This document shows, one piece after another, positions 16,196-25,903 of a DNA stretch of 64,000 bases; position 1 is the stretch's first letter; each line of letters starts with the position of its first letter. The position numbers were made by a program, and so were the translations under genes. This DNA is from a bacterium. Its GTDB lineage: Bacteria > Joyebacterota > Joyebacteria > Joyebacterales > Joyebacteraceae. The stretch covers positions 163,240-227,239 of the forward strand of contig JAPEKQ010000002.1 in the NCBI GenBank assembly GCA_029990205.1, read 5' to 3'. The notes beneath the pieces are model-generated. The model did no database searches and was not told where the DNA came from. It worked only from the letters and a program-made list of their open reading frames with translations.

Positions 16196-18214
16196 CTATC
16201 TGCCGGTGCGGCGGCGAGTTGCCGACCTCACCAGCGACCAGGTCAGCAGCCCGAACAGGACGATACCGACGAGGCTGCTGTACCCCCCGGCCCAGGTACT
16301 GCCGATCGAGATACGCTCGGTCAGGCCGATGTTGTCGAACCAGGCGACCAGGAGTCCGACGATGGCGCCGCCGGCGATCAGCCCCGAACTCATCAGCACT
16401 CCGTTCTCCCGCCGCTCCTGCCTCAACCGCTCGTCCTTCACGCGCTCCGAGAAGAGACGGACGAGACCACCGACCATGATCGGGGTCGACAGCCTGACCG
16501 GGAGGTAGAGCCCTACGGCGAACGGCAGGGACGGGACCCCAAGGAGTTCAACGCACGCGGCGATGAGCGCGCCGATAAGGACGAGAGTCCACGGCAGCGA
16601 CATCGTCAGCACGCCCTTGACCACCATCGACATGAGGACCGCCTGCGGCGCGGGAAGCTCCTCCGAGCCGATGCCGTACGTCTCGTGCAGGAACAGCACG
16701 ACCCAGCCGATGAAGATTGCCGAGCTGAGCACGCCGATCACCTCACCGAGCTGCTGACGCCACGGCGTCGCCCCGATGAGGAACCCCGTCTTGAGGTCCT
16801 GCGATGTGTCCGACGAGATGCAGATGGCGATACAGACCACGGCGCCGACGGTGATGGCCGCGATCATCCCCGCGGGCCCGGTCCATCCCATGGCGAGGAA
16901 GATCACGCTCGTCCCAAGGAGTGTCGCGATCGTCATCCCCGACGCGGGCATCGACGAGCTCCCGACGAGCCCGACGATCCTCGATGCCACCGTGACGAAG
17001 AAGAAACTGAAGATCACGATGAGAAGCGCTCCGAGCGCGTTGACGGGAACGCCAGGAGAGAGCCACGTGATGAGTCCGAGCACGATCGCGCCACCGGCGA
17101 CGTACTGGAGCGGGATGTCGATCGTCGTCCGCTTCCGGTACTCACCACCGCTCGCGCCTGCCGCCGCTCCCCCATCGTCACCGCCGCTGCCCGTACAACC
17201 CGCATCGGCCGCTGCGCCCGCGGCGCCCCCCGCTCCAGTCGCCTTGCGCTTGCCGAGCATCTCGCGGAATGCCTCGCCGAACGAACTGGCCATCGTCGGG
17301 ATGGCGCGGATGAGTGTCACGATGCCGCCGAACGCCACGGCGCCCGCGCCGATGTAGCGGATGTAGTTGTCCCAGATGTCGCTCGGTCCCATCGACGCGA
17401 TGGTGACCTCGGCCGGGAAGATGGGCGTCTGCATCCCCTCGCCGAAGAGCTTGATCATCGGGATCAGCACGAGCCACCCAAGAGCGCCGCCCGCCAGCAT
17501 CACGCCCGCGATCCGCGGGCCGATGACGAAGCCGACGCCAAGCAGTGCGGCCTTGAGGTCCGCTCCGATGGTCGCGCCGCTCGCCCGGCGGAAGCTCCAC
17601 GAGACGCGGTACGGCCAGAGCGCGAGGCCCTGCATGAGGAACGTGTAGACGGCTCCAAGCCCGACGCCGGTCATGACGCGGCGGATCTGCTCACCGCCGG
17701 TGTCACCGGCGACGAGAACCTCGGCGCACGCCGTTCCCTCGGGGAACGGGAGCTTTCCGTGCTCCCGAACCATCAGGTACTTGCGGAGCGGGATCATGAA
17801 CAGGACGCCGAGCAGTCCACCGACGATCGAGAGGATGAAGATCCTGGAGATCTGCGGCATGAACCCGAGCACGATGAGCGCCGGGATCGTGAAGATGATG
17901 CCGCCGGCGAGCGACTCACCGGCCGAACCCACGGTCTGCACCATGTTGTTCTCGAGCACCGAGGGCTTGCGCCTGAACGCGCGCGTCAGCGAGACCGCGA
18001 TGACGGCGGCCGGGATCGAGGCCGAGACCGTGATGCCGACCTGGAGACCGAGGTAGGCGTTCGCCGCGCCGAACACGATACCGACGAGTACTCCGATGAG
18101 GATCGACCGCAGCGTGAACTCCGGCATGCTCGCGGTGTGATGAACGTACGGCCCATACTCGCCGCCCTTGCAGCCGCCGTACGCATCTGGTCCCAGACAT
18201 CGCTTCTCGCTCAT
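16196..18214 (-). CDS. OPT-family oligopeptide transporter
   Basis: 672 aa, polytopic. N-terminal region ...RSILIGVLVGIVFGAANAYLGLQVGITVSASIPAAV... is typical of the bacterial OPT family. Confidence 0.88.
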   Translation of the reverse strand: MSEKRCLGPDAYGGCKGGEYGPYVHHTASMPEFTLRSILIGVLVGIVFGAANAYLGLQVGITVSASIPAAVIAVSLTRAFRRKPSVLENNMVQTVGSAGESLAGGIIFTIPALIVLGFMPQISRIFILSIVGGLLGVLFMIPLRKYLMVREHGKLPFPEGTACAEVLVAGDTGGEQIRRVMTGVGLGAVYTFLMQGLALWPYRVSWSFRRASGATIGADLKAALLGVGFVIGPRIAGVMLAGGALGWLVLIPMIKLFGEGMQTPIFPAEVTIASMGPSDIWDNYIRYIGAGAVAFGGIVTLIRAIPTMASSFGEAFREMLGKRKATGAGGAAGAAADAGCTGSGGDDGGAAAGASGGEYRKRTTIDIPLQYVAGGAIVLGLITWLSPGVPVNALGALLIVIFSFFFVTVASRIVGLVGSSSMPASGMTIATLLGTSVIFLAMGWTGPAGMIAAITVGAVVCIAICISSDTSQDLKTGFLIGATPWRQQLGEVIGVLSSAIFIGWVVLFLHETYGIGSEELPAPQAVLMSMVVKGVLTMSLPWTLVLIGALIAACVELLGVPSLPFAVGLYLPVRLSTPIMVGGLVRLFSERVKDERLRQERRENGVLMSSGLIAGGAIVGLLVAWFDNIGLTERISIGSTWAGGYSSLVGIVLFGLLTWSLVRSATRRRTGR

Positions 18215-18316
18215 GCTCTCCCCCCGTTGAGCCGCGAACCTCGCGCCGGCATCGCTCCGGCGCCTGTTGCCCGGACGCCTGTTGTCTGTTGTTTGAGCGA
18301 CGCGCCGCGGGGCGCG

Positions 18317-19219
18317 TCACGATTCATCGGATGTACCGGGCGCGTCCCCCCTCGAGATCAGGAAGACCGCGCCCATGATCAGTGCCGCGCCGCCCATCGC
18401 CCCCGGCGTGAGTCGCTCTCCGAACACGAGAGCCGCCAGGGCGAGGGCGAAGACGATCTCGATGAGCAGGATAACACACGAACTGGTCGCCGAGATGGAT
18501 TTGAGTCCCCACGACCAGAGCAGGAACGGCAGCACCGTGCAGAGGACGGCCGTGTACACCACGACCCAGAGTCTTCCATCGAGCGGCGGCGGTCCACCGT
18601 GTCCCAGAACCAGCGCGACCGGCAGAACCGTCAGCGCGGTCATCGTCGTCATGGCCGCCGTCAGCGCGCGGACGTCCACCTCCCCCGACGCGACGATCCG
18701 CTTGTCGAGCAGGATGAAGGCGGTCCAGAGAACCGCGGCGGCAAGCACGAGCAGATCGCCCGTCAGTTCGGGCCCCGCCGTCAGGCGCAGGGCTCCTCCG
18801 GTCGTCACGAGGAAGACGCCGATCATGCCCAGCGCGATGGCCGTGACCTTCGCCGGCGTGAACCGCTCGCGGAACACGTACCGCGACGCGATGGCGACGA
18901 GGATGGTGCTGCTGTTGACGAACAGCGCCGCCTTCCCGGCAGTCGTCAGTGTCTGTCCCTTGAACTGGAGCGCGAAACCGATGCCGTTGGACACACCGAG
19001 CCAGACGATGAGCGGGTCTCTCAGGAGCCGACCGAGCGTACGGAGACGACCGGTCAGAGCTGCGTACGAGACGGCGATCACCGCGGCGGTCGCGAAGCGG
19101 AGGAGAACGAACCAGTAGGGGTCGATGGAGCGAAGCCCGAGCTTGACGACGACGAACGACGAGCCCCACAGAAGTCCCGCGAGCGCGGTGGCTGCGATGG
19201 GTGCTCTCCGTTGACTCAA
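18317..19219 (-). CDS. DMT-superfamily (EamA) transporter
   Basis: 300 aa, 10 predicted TM helices, two EamA-like halves (LLWGSSFVVVK...). Confidence 0.85.
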   Translation of the reverse strand: MSQRRAPIAATALAGLLWGSSFVVVKLGLRSIDPYWFVLLRFATAAVIAVSYAALTGRLRTLGRLLRDPLIVWLGVSNGIGFALQFKGQTLTTAGKAALFVNSSTILVAIASRYVFRERFTPAKVTAIALGMIGVFLVTTGGALRLTAGPELTGDLLVLAAAVLWTAFILLDKRIVASGEVDVRALTAAMTTMTALTVLPVALVLGHGGPPPLDGRLWVVVYTAVLCTVLPFLLWSWGLKSISATSSCVILLIEIVFALALAALVFGERLTPGAMGGAALIMGAVFLISRGDAPGTSDES

Positions 19220-19227
19220 TCCGCCTC

Positions 19228-20454
19228 CTAGCCCGAGGGCCAGAGCACCAGGGCGATCGCCACGACCATGAGAAGCACGAGCGGAAGCGCCATCATCCGA
19301 TAGAAGCGCGAGAACGTGGCGCCGAAGTGTTCGCGTGCGAGAACGAGACAGAGATGCACCGGGGAGATCAGACAGCCGACGAACCCGGAGCAGAAGGCGA
19401 GCATGACGAGATGCATGTCCGGCTCGGGTGAACCGAAGAGCGGCACGAGAAGTGGAAAGGTCACCCCGACGAACGCGAGCGTCACTCCCGTGATGAGCCC
19501 GATGAGCATCGGGACGGCGATGATGACGATGAGCTCGGGCATCTGCATCTGGATGAGGAACTCCGGAACCGACTCACGGATCCCGGTCGCGATCAGGAGG
19601 TGCTTGTAGGCGCCCACGCCGAAGACGAGTGTGATGATCTGCGGAGCCACGCCCTTGCGGAGCGAGAGCGCGACGTCCCTCACATTGGCCTTCTCGAAGA
19701 TCGCCATCAGGGCGATCACGGCCAGGACGACGAGGATGAGCTCGAGCTTGAGAACGAGCGCGCCGGTGATGACGATGGCGAAGGGAAGGACGCCCTTGAT
19801 GAGCTCGGGCCACGCGCGGCGTCTCTCCTCCGGGGATGTCTCGTTCCGCCCCGCTCGGACCAGGCGCAGCACGAAGATCACGCCGCCGACGATCGCCGCA
19901 AGCGTGAGAGGCCAGCCGGCGAGAAAGACGTCGGTCACGCTCCGGCCGATGAGCGTCGCGGTGAAGACGACACCCGGATAGAGAGGCCAGATGTACTCCC
20001 AGACGTGCCGAAACCAGTAGCTGATGAAGAGGAGTTCCTCCGGCGAGACATCGTCGTCCTTGAGCGCGGTTCCGATCATCGGCGCGGTGAGCATCGTTCC
20101 CCCCGGCATGGGCAGGAGCCCGCCGAACGCCGGGATGAGCGCCACGACGATGCGGTTGTCGCGGATCATCTTCTTGAGACCGGCCACGAGATGATCGAGA
20201 TATCCGAGCTTCCCGGCGAACGCGCCGAGAGCGAGGATCGTGGCGATCCGCCCGAAGAGCAGGAGCGTGTCCTTGTCGATAGCGGCTGCCCAGACTTCGA
20301 GAACCGTCCACTTCGGCGCGAACCCGGCCCCGAGCGCCATCGTGCACGCGCCCGCGAGCATCGCGAGACCGAGGTCGACTCGGAACCGCACGAGGACAAT
20401 GATCAGGACGATCGATGCAGCCAACGCCAGGATGTCTCTCTCCACGCAGTCCAC
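19228..20454 (-). CDS. Polytopic membrane protein, DUF401-like putative permease
   Basis: 408 aa, more than 10 hydrophobic helices. The GGLLPMPGGTMLTAPM motif recalls DUF401; the family assignment is from memory. Confidence 0.7.
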   Translation of the reverse strand: MDCVERDILALAASIVLIIVLVRFRVDLGLAMLAGACTMALGAGFAPKWTVLEVWAAAIDKDTLLLFGRIATILALGAFAGKLGYLDHLVAGLKKMIRDNRIVVALIPAFGGLLPMPGGTMLTAPMIGTALKDDDVSPEELLFISYWFRHVWEYIWPLYPGVVFTATLIGRSVTDVFLAGWPLTLAAIVGGVIFVLRLVRAGRNETSPEERRRAWPELIKGVLPFAIVITGALVLKLELILVVLAVIALMAIFEKANVRDVALSLRKGVAPQIITLVFGVGAYKHLLIATGIRESVPEFLIQMQMPELIVIIAVPMLIGLITGVTLAFVGVTFPLLVPLFGSPEPDMHLVMLAFCSGFVGCLISPVHLCLVLAREHFGATFSRFYRMMALPLVLLMVVAIALVLWPSG

Positions 20455-20524
20455 TCCATCCTATAGAGAGGGGCGCAGCAGACACCCTGCCGCGCCCCAT
20501 CGTGTCGAATACGTCGTAACTCCC

Positions 20525-21340
20525 CTACTCAAGCTCCGACAGGGCGAGGTTCATCCGAACCATGTCGTCGCGCCACTTGTAGAAGCTCTCGGTGTACGTC
20601 ACGAGTGAGATGAACTGCGCGAGATTCGTGACGCCGCGCTCCTCCATGTGCTTCTTGAGCTTCGAGTCGGCCGGGAGGTTCTTCATCCACTTCTGGAAGT
20701 ACTCCTCCTTCTCACCGAAGTGCCGGACGAGAGCCTCGTCCGTCGGCTCCTGGTACCGCTCCTCGTGAACGACAGCCTCGAGCGGGAGCGACGGCGCGAG
20801 CACCGGGCGCTCGGCCGGGTGTCCGATCAGGAGCATGGCCGCCGGAAGCACGCCCTTGGGAAGCGAGAAGAAGTCGAGCGTCGTGTACGGCTGCCACACG
20901 ATCTCCTGGACGTACTGCGAGCCCAGTCCGAGTGACTCAGCTGCGATGACGGCGTTCTGAGCCGCCGTGTAGACCGAACGGAGCGCGACCCAGAGCACGC
21001 CGATGCCCTTGAAGTGAGCCGTGCCGCCCTGGACCTCGGCCCAGCGGTTCAGACGATTCGTATCGACGCAGAACAGGACCGAGACGGGCGCCTGCTCGAT
21101 GCACTTCTTCCGCCCCTCACACAGCATCTCGTTGAGCTTCTTCCTCCGCTCGATGTCACGCACAACGATCATCGAGAACGGCTGGGAGCCACGGTACCCG
21201 CCGGTCAGCGTGCCCCCGGGACCGGACGCCCTGAGTGCCGCCGTGAGGATCTGATCAAGAGACTCCTTGGTCACCTCCTCATCCGTGAACTCGACGATGC
21301 TCCGCCTGTCGTAGATCGCTTCCAGACAGCTCTTCTCCAC
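20525..21340 (-). CDS. Nitroreductase-family protein
   Basis: AIYDRRSIVEFTDEEV...L..ILTAALRA start, and a nitroreductase fold pattern with a C-terminal extension. Confidence 0.8.
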   Translation of the reverse strand: MEKSCLEAIYDRRSIVEFTDEEVTKESLDQILTAALRASGPGGTLTGGYRGSQPFSMIVVRDIERRKKLNEMLCEGRKKCIEQAPVSVLFCVDTNRLNRWAEVQGGTAHFKGIGVLWVALRSVYTAAQNAVIAAESLGLGSQYVQEIVWQPYTTLDFFSLPKGVLPAAMLLIGHPAERPVLAPSLPLEAVVHEERYQEPTDEALVRHFGEKEEYFQKWMKNLPADSKLKKHMEERGVTNLAQFISLVTYTESFYKWRDDMVRMNLALSELE

Positions 21341-21379
21341 GTCACTCCTCCTGATCTGCCGGCCGTTGTCGGTCCGGTG

Positions 21380-21973
21380 TTACACGTTCTGTTCCGAGAT
21401 GATCTTTCTCAACATGGCGCGCGCCCGATGCAGATGGGTCTTCAGTGTGCCCATCGGGAGCCCGAGTACATCGGCAACTTCCTTGTAGCTCCTCTGCTCG
21501 AGATAGAAGAGCGTGATCACAGTACGATACTGGTCCGGCAGCTCTGCAACCGCCGCGCGGACCTGCGTCCTGAACTCGGCGTCGACGACAAGCTGATCGG
21601 GTCTGGTCCTCTTCGGTTCGACGTCGATCGCAGATTCGATGTGCGGACCCGCGTCGATGTCGACGGCCGGCGCGCGCTTGCGGCGCCGCTTGAGGTGCGT
21701 CAGCGCGCGGTTCGTCGCGATGCGGTAGAGCCAACTCGAGAACTTCGCGTCGCCCCGGAATCTACCGATGGCCCGATACGCGCGAACGAACGCCTCCTGC
21801 GCCGCGTCGTAGGCATCCTCATCGTCACCAAGGATGCGCGCGGAGATCGTGAAGACGTAGTCCGAGTATCGCTCGACGAGGACCGCGTACGCGTCCTCAG
21901 AGCCTCCCTGGGTCAGGGCGACCAGTTCCTCGTCACCGAGCGACCGCAGTTCAACGCTGTCAGGAGCAGCCAT
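21380..21973 (-). CDS. ECF-type RNA polymerase sigma-70 factor
   Basis: Region 2 (AQEAFVRAYRAIGRFRGDAKFSSWLYRIATN) and region 4 (VITLFYLEQRSYKEVADVLGLPMGTLKTHLHRAR). ATG at 21973 after GGGAG; GTG at 22000 is an alternative start. Confidence 0.9.
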   Translation of the reverse strand: MAAPDSVELRSLGDEELVALTQGGSEDAYAVLVERYSDYVFTISARILGDDEDAYDAAQEAFVRAYRAIGRFRGDAKFSSWLYRIATNRALTHLKRRRKRAPAVDIDAGPHIESAIDVEPKRTRPDQLVVDAEFRTQVRAAVAELPDQYRTVITLFYLEQRSYKEVADVLGLPMGTLKTHLHRARAMLRKIISEQNV

Positions 21974-22247
21974 CGGCACTCCCGGGACATTCGGACGCAC
22001 CCGTACACCCAGCCGACCATCCGCAGTTGACCGGCGGGCCGGGTACGACCGACAATGCTAGCAGAATAGGGACTGAATCCAAGATGTTTTCGGAGCGAAA
22101 CCCTACCCCCCACACCGGGGTCATAGAAGGCGACAAGGAGATGAACTGAGGGTCCGTCAGTGAAGAGTCGCGACGGGTCGGATCCCCGGCACGAGCAGGA
22201 CCGGGACCCGTGCGCCAGAGCGGCAAAGGCCGCAGGAGGAAGTCGCC

Positions 22248-22700
22248 ATGTTGATCCCCGAGATTCTCTTCGGGATGACCATGACCCTCATCAGCATCGG
22301 TGGAACCGTCGTGATCATCATGCTGATCGTCCGAGCCATCCAGAACGGCCGGGCGACCCGTGAGCGGGCCTTCAAGGCAGCGCTGGACCGCGGTATCTAC
22401 GACCCGAGGATCATGAACCCCAGTCCCACCGGGAGCGGCGCAGCATCTCTGGGTTGGGGCATCTTCTTCGCGATGGTAGGCCTCGCGCTCTTGATCGGCT
22501 TCCTGATCCTCGGCATCGCCGGGGACGCGGCGCTCGGCGGTCTGATCCCGCTTGCCATCGGCATCGGTCTGATCGCCTTCCACATCATCATCAAGCGCAA
22601 TCAGAGCGACATCGAGCACAACGGGGATCCGGTCAGGTTCGATCCCGGCGTCACCCCGACCGTGGCGACGAAGGACGACCACCAGGTCCTCGGCGGATAG
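22248..22700 (+). CDS. Small membrane protein (3-4 TM helices), unknown function
   Basis: Hydrophobic helices and a normal composition, unlike the overlapping minus-strand shadow ORF. GGAGGAAG lies upstream of the ATG. Confidence 0.65.
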   Translation: MLIPEILFGMTMTLISIGGTVVIIMLIVRAIQNGRATRERAFKAALDRGIYDPRIMNPSPTGSGAASLGWGIFFAMVGLALLIGFLILGIAGDAALGGLIPLAIGIGLIAFHIIIKRNQSDIEHNGDPVRFDPGVTPTVATKDDHQVLGG

Positions 22701-22742
22701 CTGAAGAAGACACCACCGCCTCAACTGATCCTGATGACAAGA

Positions 22743-22783
22743 CCGCCCGGCCTGAAGGTCCACGAGACCTTCGAGCCGGGCGG
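22743..22783. terminator. Long hairpin between convergent genes (possible bidirectional terminator)
   Basis: ccgcccggc...gccgggcgg outer stem with an inner gaaggtc/gaccttc stem; only weak T-tracts follow. Confidence 0.45.
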
Positions 22784-22962
22784 AGTCTTTGCGATGCGGC
22801 GCAACGCGATGCGGTGCGTCGTGCTTCTGTGCGACCTGCGGCGGCGCGACGTGTCGAGATGCGAACGGACTGGCATCGAGCATATCGGTCATCCAATCCA
22901 GTTCGAGCCCGAGGTCGCGTCACCACACACGGCGACAGGAGGTGTGAACAGAATCTCGGTGG

Positions 22963-23556
22963 CTATCGAGAGAACGCCCGGCGCACGTCGAGGGAGAGTT
23001 CCTTCGAGAGTCGGTACGCCGAGACGGCAAGGAAGGCTGCGCCAACCGCGACGATCGCCCACGCGCCACCGGTGATGACTCCCGCCGGCACACTGCTCTG
23101 TACGGCCTCGACACCGGGCGACGTCGTTGTGGCGGAGACGATCGTGTCGAACCAGGAGTTGGCGATCGCTGAGAAGCGTCCAACGGGACCCGCCACACCG
23201 GACAGAACACCGGTCCTGACGAGCGTCGTCACCGCAGCTACGGTCCCGAGCACGGAACCCACTGTCACAACGACGGGCTCGAATCGGCGCGCGGGTGCAG
23301 GGTGCGCGATCTCGCGCATCACCGCCGTCGGGAGCCAGGCGGGCGCCTTCTCCACGGCGGTCTCCGCAAGAGCCGCGTCGATCGACTGGAGTTCCGCGCG
23401 GAGTCCCCGGCACTCATGGCACGCCGCGCAGTGCTCGGCGAGAGCCCGGGCTTCATCGGCGCTCAGCTGTGCGGGAGACCCGAACCGGTCATCGTCCCCG
23501 AGGACGAGCGCGTCGAGCTCCTTCTGGATCAGCCGTTCTGCCGCAGTGCAGTCCAC
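22963..23556 (-). CDS. zf-HC2 anti-sigma factor, membrane-anchored
   Basis: N-terminal MDC...HCAACHEC (Hx3Cx2C) motif, followed by hydrophobic segments. Confidence 0.8.
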   Translation of the reverse strand: MDCTAAERLIQKELDALVLGDDDRFGSPAQLSADEARALAEHCAACHECRGLRAELQSIDAALAETAVEKAPAWLPTAVMREIAHPAPARRFEPVVVTVGSVLGTVAAVTTLVRTGVLSGVAGPVGRFSAIANSWFDTIVSATTTSPGVEAVQSSVPAGVITGGAWAIVAVGAAFLAVSAYRLSKELSLDVRRAFSR

Positions 23557-23748
23557 GTACAGCTCCTGTCAGTCTGTCTCCATGCGGTCATGTTCCTGAC
23601 GGCAGCCCCGAACTGAGACGGAGGCCACCAATTCATCAGACACCGGCGGGTGTGCCCGGGTTTCGAAGAAACGGCACACGTGTAAGTATCCGTCCTGTAA
23701 CCAGATACGAGCGTCACGCCCGGGCCGGGATCCCCGATCCGCGTGCGC

Positions 23749-25863
23749 TCAGGGCTTGAGAATCACCCTGCGGATCCCCACGTTCCCGGGTCGGTCGAAC
23801 GCGCGCACCGCGATGGCGTGCTCGCCGTCCTCGAGACCCGGCAGCTCAAGACGTCCCTCCTCGGACCGCCCGTCGAACATCCCGTCTTCCGGGTAGACCC
23901 GCTCCCACTCCCCGTAGTCCACAGAGACCTCGACCGCCGCGAGCGGGCTCGACGCATCGGTGACCTCGACCTTGAGCGTGACTCCGTCGCGGCTCCCGCT
24001 GAGGTCGATCCCACCGACGACCGGAGGGGTATTGTCGATCATGAAGGTCCCACTCAGTCCCTCGGCCTCGAACGCGGCCGGCGCCGGGTTGCCGGGGAGG
24101 TCGGACGCAACAACGCGCATCCGATACTCACCGTCCGGCATCGAGTAGCTGTCCCACGAGTGAACGGGCCTGTCGAGGTCACCCGCCATCAGCCACCACT
24201 CCTCCTCGCCCTCGTGGCGGACGTAGACGCCGAACGCGAGCTCGTCACCGTTCGGATCGAAGGCGTCCCACTCCACCGTCCTGACACCGCGCGCCGCGGG
24301 CGGGACCCGCTGCACGCCGTGATCGGTCGGATCCAGCGAGTAGGTCACCTCGAGACCCGACGGCAGCGTCTGTGTCGCCGCGTCGTTTCCGTATGCGTTT
24401 GCCGAGAACCCGCTGCCCGCCTCGGAGACCGTGACGCTCACGACCTGCGGCGGAACGTTCTCGCGCATGTACGCGACCTCGACCGATCGGAGCGCGGTCT
24501 CTCGTCCGGCGCCCCGGTCGAAGGATGCCCTCCACTGGAGGAACCGCGATGCCGGACCTGCAACCCGCCCGTCCTCGAGGGGCGTCCACTCGCTCCAGCT
24601 GTCGTCCGGGGACTCGAGGCTCCCGCTCCGAGTCTCGATGGAGATGTCGCCGGAGCCGTCGGCGGTGACCAGACAGCTCCCCCAACGAGCGGAGGTCACT
24701 GCGTCGAAGACACGCGATTCGTAGCTCCCTCCCCCGGCGGTCGCTCGTCCGAGTCGGTAGACGCCGCCCGGAGTGCCCGTTGTCACGACGGCCTCGTCGC
24801 CGGCGGATACGATCGAGAGAACCTCGGCCTCGTCCAGGTCGGCGAGGAGACCGTGCACGCCCGGCTCGATGGCGTAGATCTGACCGTCCGAGCCCGTGCC
24901 GGCGATGACCGCGCCGGCCGGCGTCCGTCCGAGGGCGACGACGGGCGCCTCGCCCGACCGCCATACCTCGTACGCTCCGCCGTCCGTAGTCCGGTAGACG
25001 GCGCCTTCGCCGAGCGGGACGCTCGGATCGGCCATCTCGTCGAGCGCAACCTCCATCGAGATGCTCGACGCCGAGAACAGCATTGATCCGTCGGCATCGA
25101 CGACGATGCCGGTCACCTCATCGTATCTCGTGTCGTACAGCACCCTGGCGTCGCGCCCGGGTGTGACGTCAAGCAGGAGACCGTCTCCGCCTGTTCCGGC
25201 CAGCACCCAATCCCCCGGAGCGGCCAGCGTGACGATATTGAGGTCGGACGGCTCGGTCAGCGTCCGTGCCTTGCCTCCTCGGTCGAGCGCGATGATGACG
25301 GCGGCCTCTCCCGTCCCGACGACGAGTCCGTGCTCCTGCGAAAACACCATCGCCCAGATGTAGTTCTCACCCGTCTCGTAGAAGAGCTCCGAATCGCCGT
25401 CCGAATCGACCCGGTAGACCTCGCCACCCGGCGCAGTCCCGACGAACACGTCACCGCCCCAGCCGACGGCCAGCGCCGGCAGATCGACGTCGTCCATCTC
25501 GAGCAGCACGCGTCCCCCCGAGACGTCCGCACGGACGAGCTTCCCCGGCGTCCCCGTCGTCACATACACCTCGCCGCGAGGACCGATGGCCGACGACCAC
25601 ACGTAGTCACAGTCCGGTACATCGAGGGCTGTCAGAGGCGCGCCCGGCACGACACGCCCGCTCTCGAGAATGGCGACCCCGGCCGCCGTCCCGCGGAGGA
25701 ACCCCGCGTAGCTGTCTGTCCGCCAATAGGTCGTCTCAACGGCCGACGCCGCGCCCCACGGGCTCGCGATGATGAGCGCCGCCAGCGTTGCGAGCGCGGC
25801 CGCGGCGCGGCGGCTCCGGCGCAACATGTCGCGCCCGCCGAACCGTTCGTGCGTCTGCTTCAT
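23749..25863 (-). CDS. Secreted beta-propeller-like protein with C-terminal Ig-like domains, unknown function
   Basis: Signal peptide (AAAALATLAALIIASPWGAASA), repeated G-x-VY / GTG blade-like motifs, Ig-like C-terminus. ATG at 25863 after GAGGAGG. Confidence 0.75.
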   Translation of the reverse strand: MKQTHERFGGRDMLRRSRRAAAALATLAALIIASPWGAASAVETTYWRTDSYAGFLRGTAAGVAILESGRVVPGAPLTALDVPDCDYVWSSAIGPRGEVYVTTGTPGKLVRADVSGGRVLLEMDDVDLPALAVGWGGDVFVGTAPGGEVYRVDSDGDSELFYETGENYIWAMVFSQEHGLVVGTGEAAVIIALDRGGKARTLTEPSDLNIVTLAAPGDWVLAGTGGDGLLLDVTPGRDARVLYDTRYDEVTGIVVDADGSMLFSASSISMEVALDEMADPSVPLGEGAVYRTTDGGAYEVWRSGEAPVVALGRTPAGAVIAGTGSDGQIYAIEPGVHGLLADLDEAEVLSIVSAGDEAVVTTGTPGGVYRLGRATAGGGSYESRVFDAVTSARWGSCLVTADGSGDISIETRSGSLESPDDSWSEWTPLEDGRVAGPASRFLQWRASFDRGAGRETALRSVEVAYMRENVPPQVVSVTVSEAGSGFSANAYGNDAATQTLPSGLEVTYSLDPTDHGVQRVPPAARGVRTVEWDAFDPNGDELAFGVYVRHEGEEEWWLMAGDLDRPVHSWDSYSMPDGEYRMRVVASDLPGNPAPAAFEAEGLSGTFMIDNTPPVVGGIDLSGSRDGVTLKVEVTDASSPLAAVEVSVDYGEWERVYPEDGMFDGRSEEGRLELPGLEDGEHAIAVRAFDRPGNVGIRRVILKP

Positions 25864-25903
25864 GTGTCCTCCTCGGAGCATCGGCCAGTCGGCCGACGGC
25901 GCT

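Noticed and set aside
18299-18318. GC-rich palindrome gacgcgcc-gcgg-ggcgcgtc overlapping the DMT gene stop codon, considered as a terminator.
   Set aside because: On the transcribed (minus) strand the hairpin is followed by an A/C-rich tract, not a U-tract, and the OPT gene continues downstream. It is probably not an intrinsic terminator.
16685-19231. 848-aa plus-strand ORF.
   Set aside because: It is antisense to the OPT and DMT transporter genes. Its composition is extreme (Arg/Asp/His/Glu runs), with no recognisable domain and no SD. This is a typical GC-rich shadow ORF.
22454-23599. 381-aa plus-strand ORF rich in Arg/Ser/Pro.
   Set aside because: It is antisense to the zf-HC2 anti-sigma gene and out of frame with the small membrane protein gene. 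It has no domain signal.
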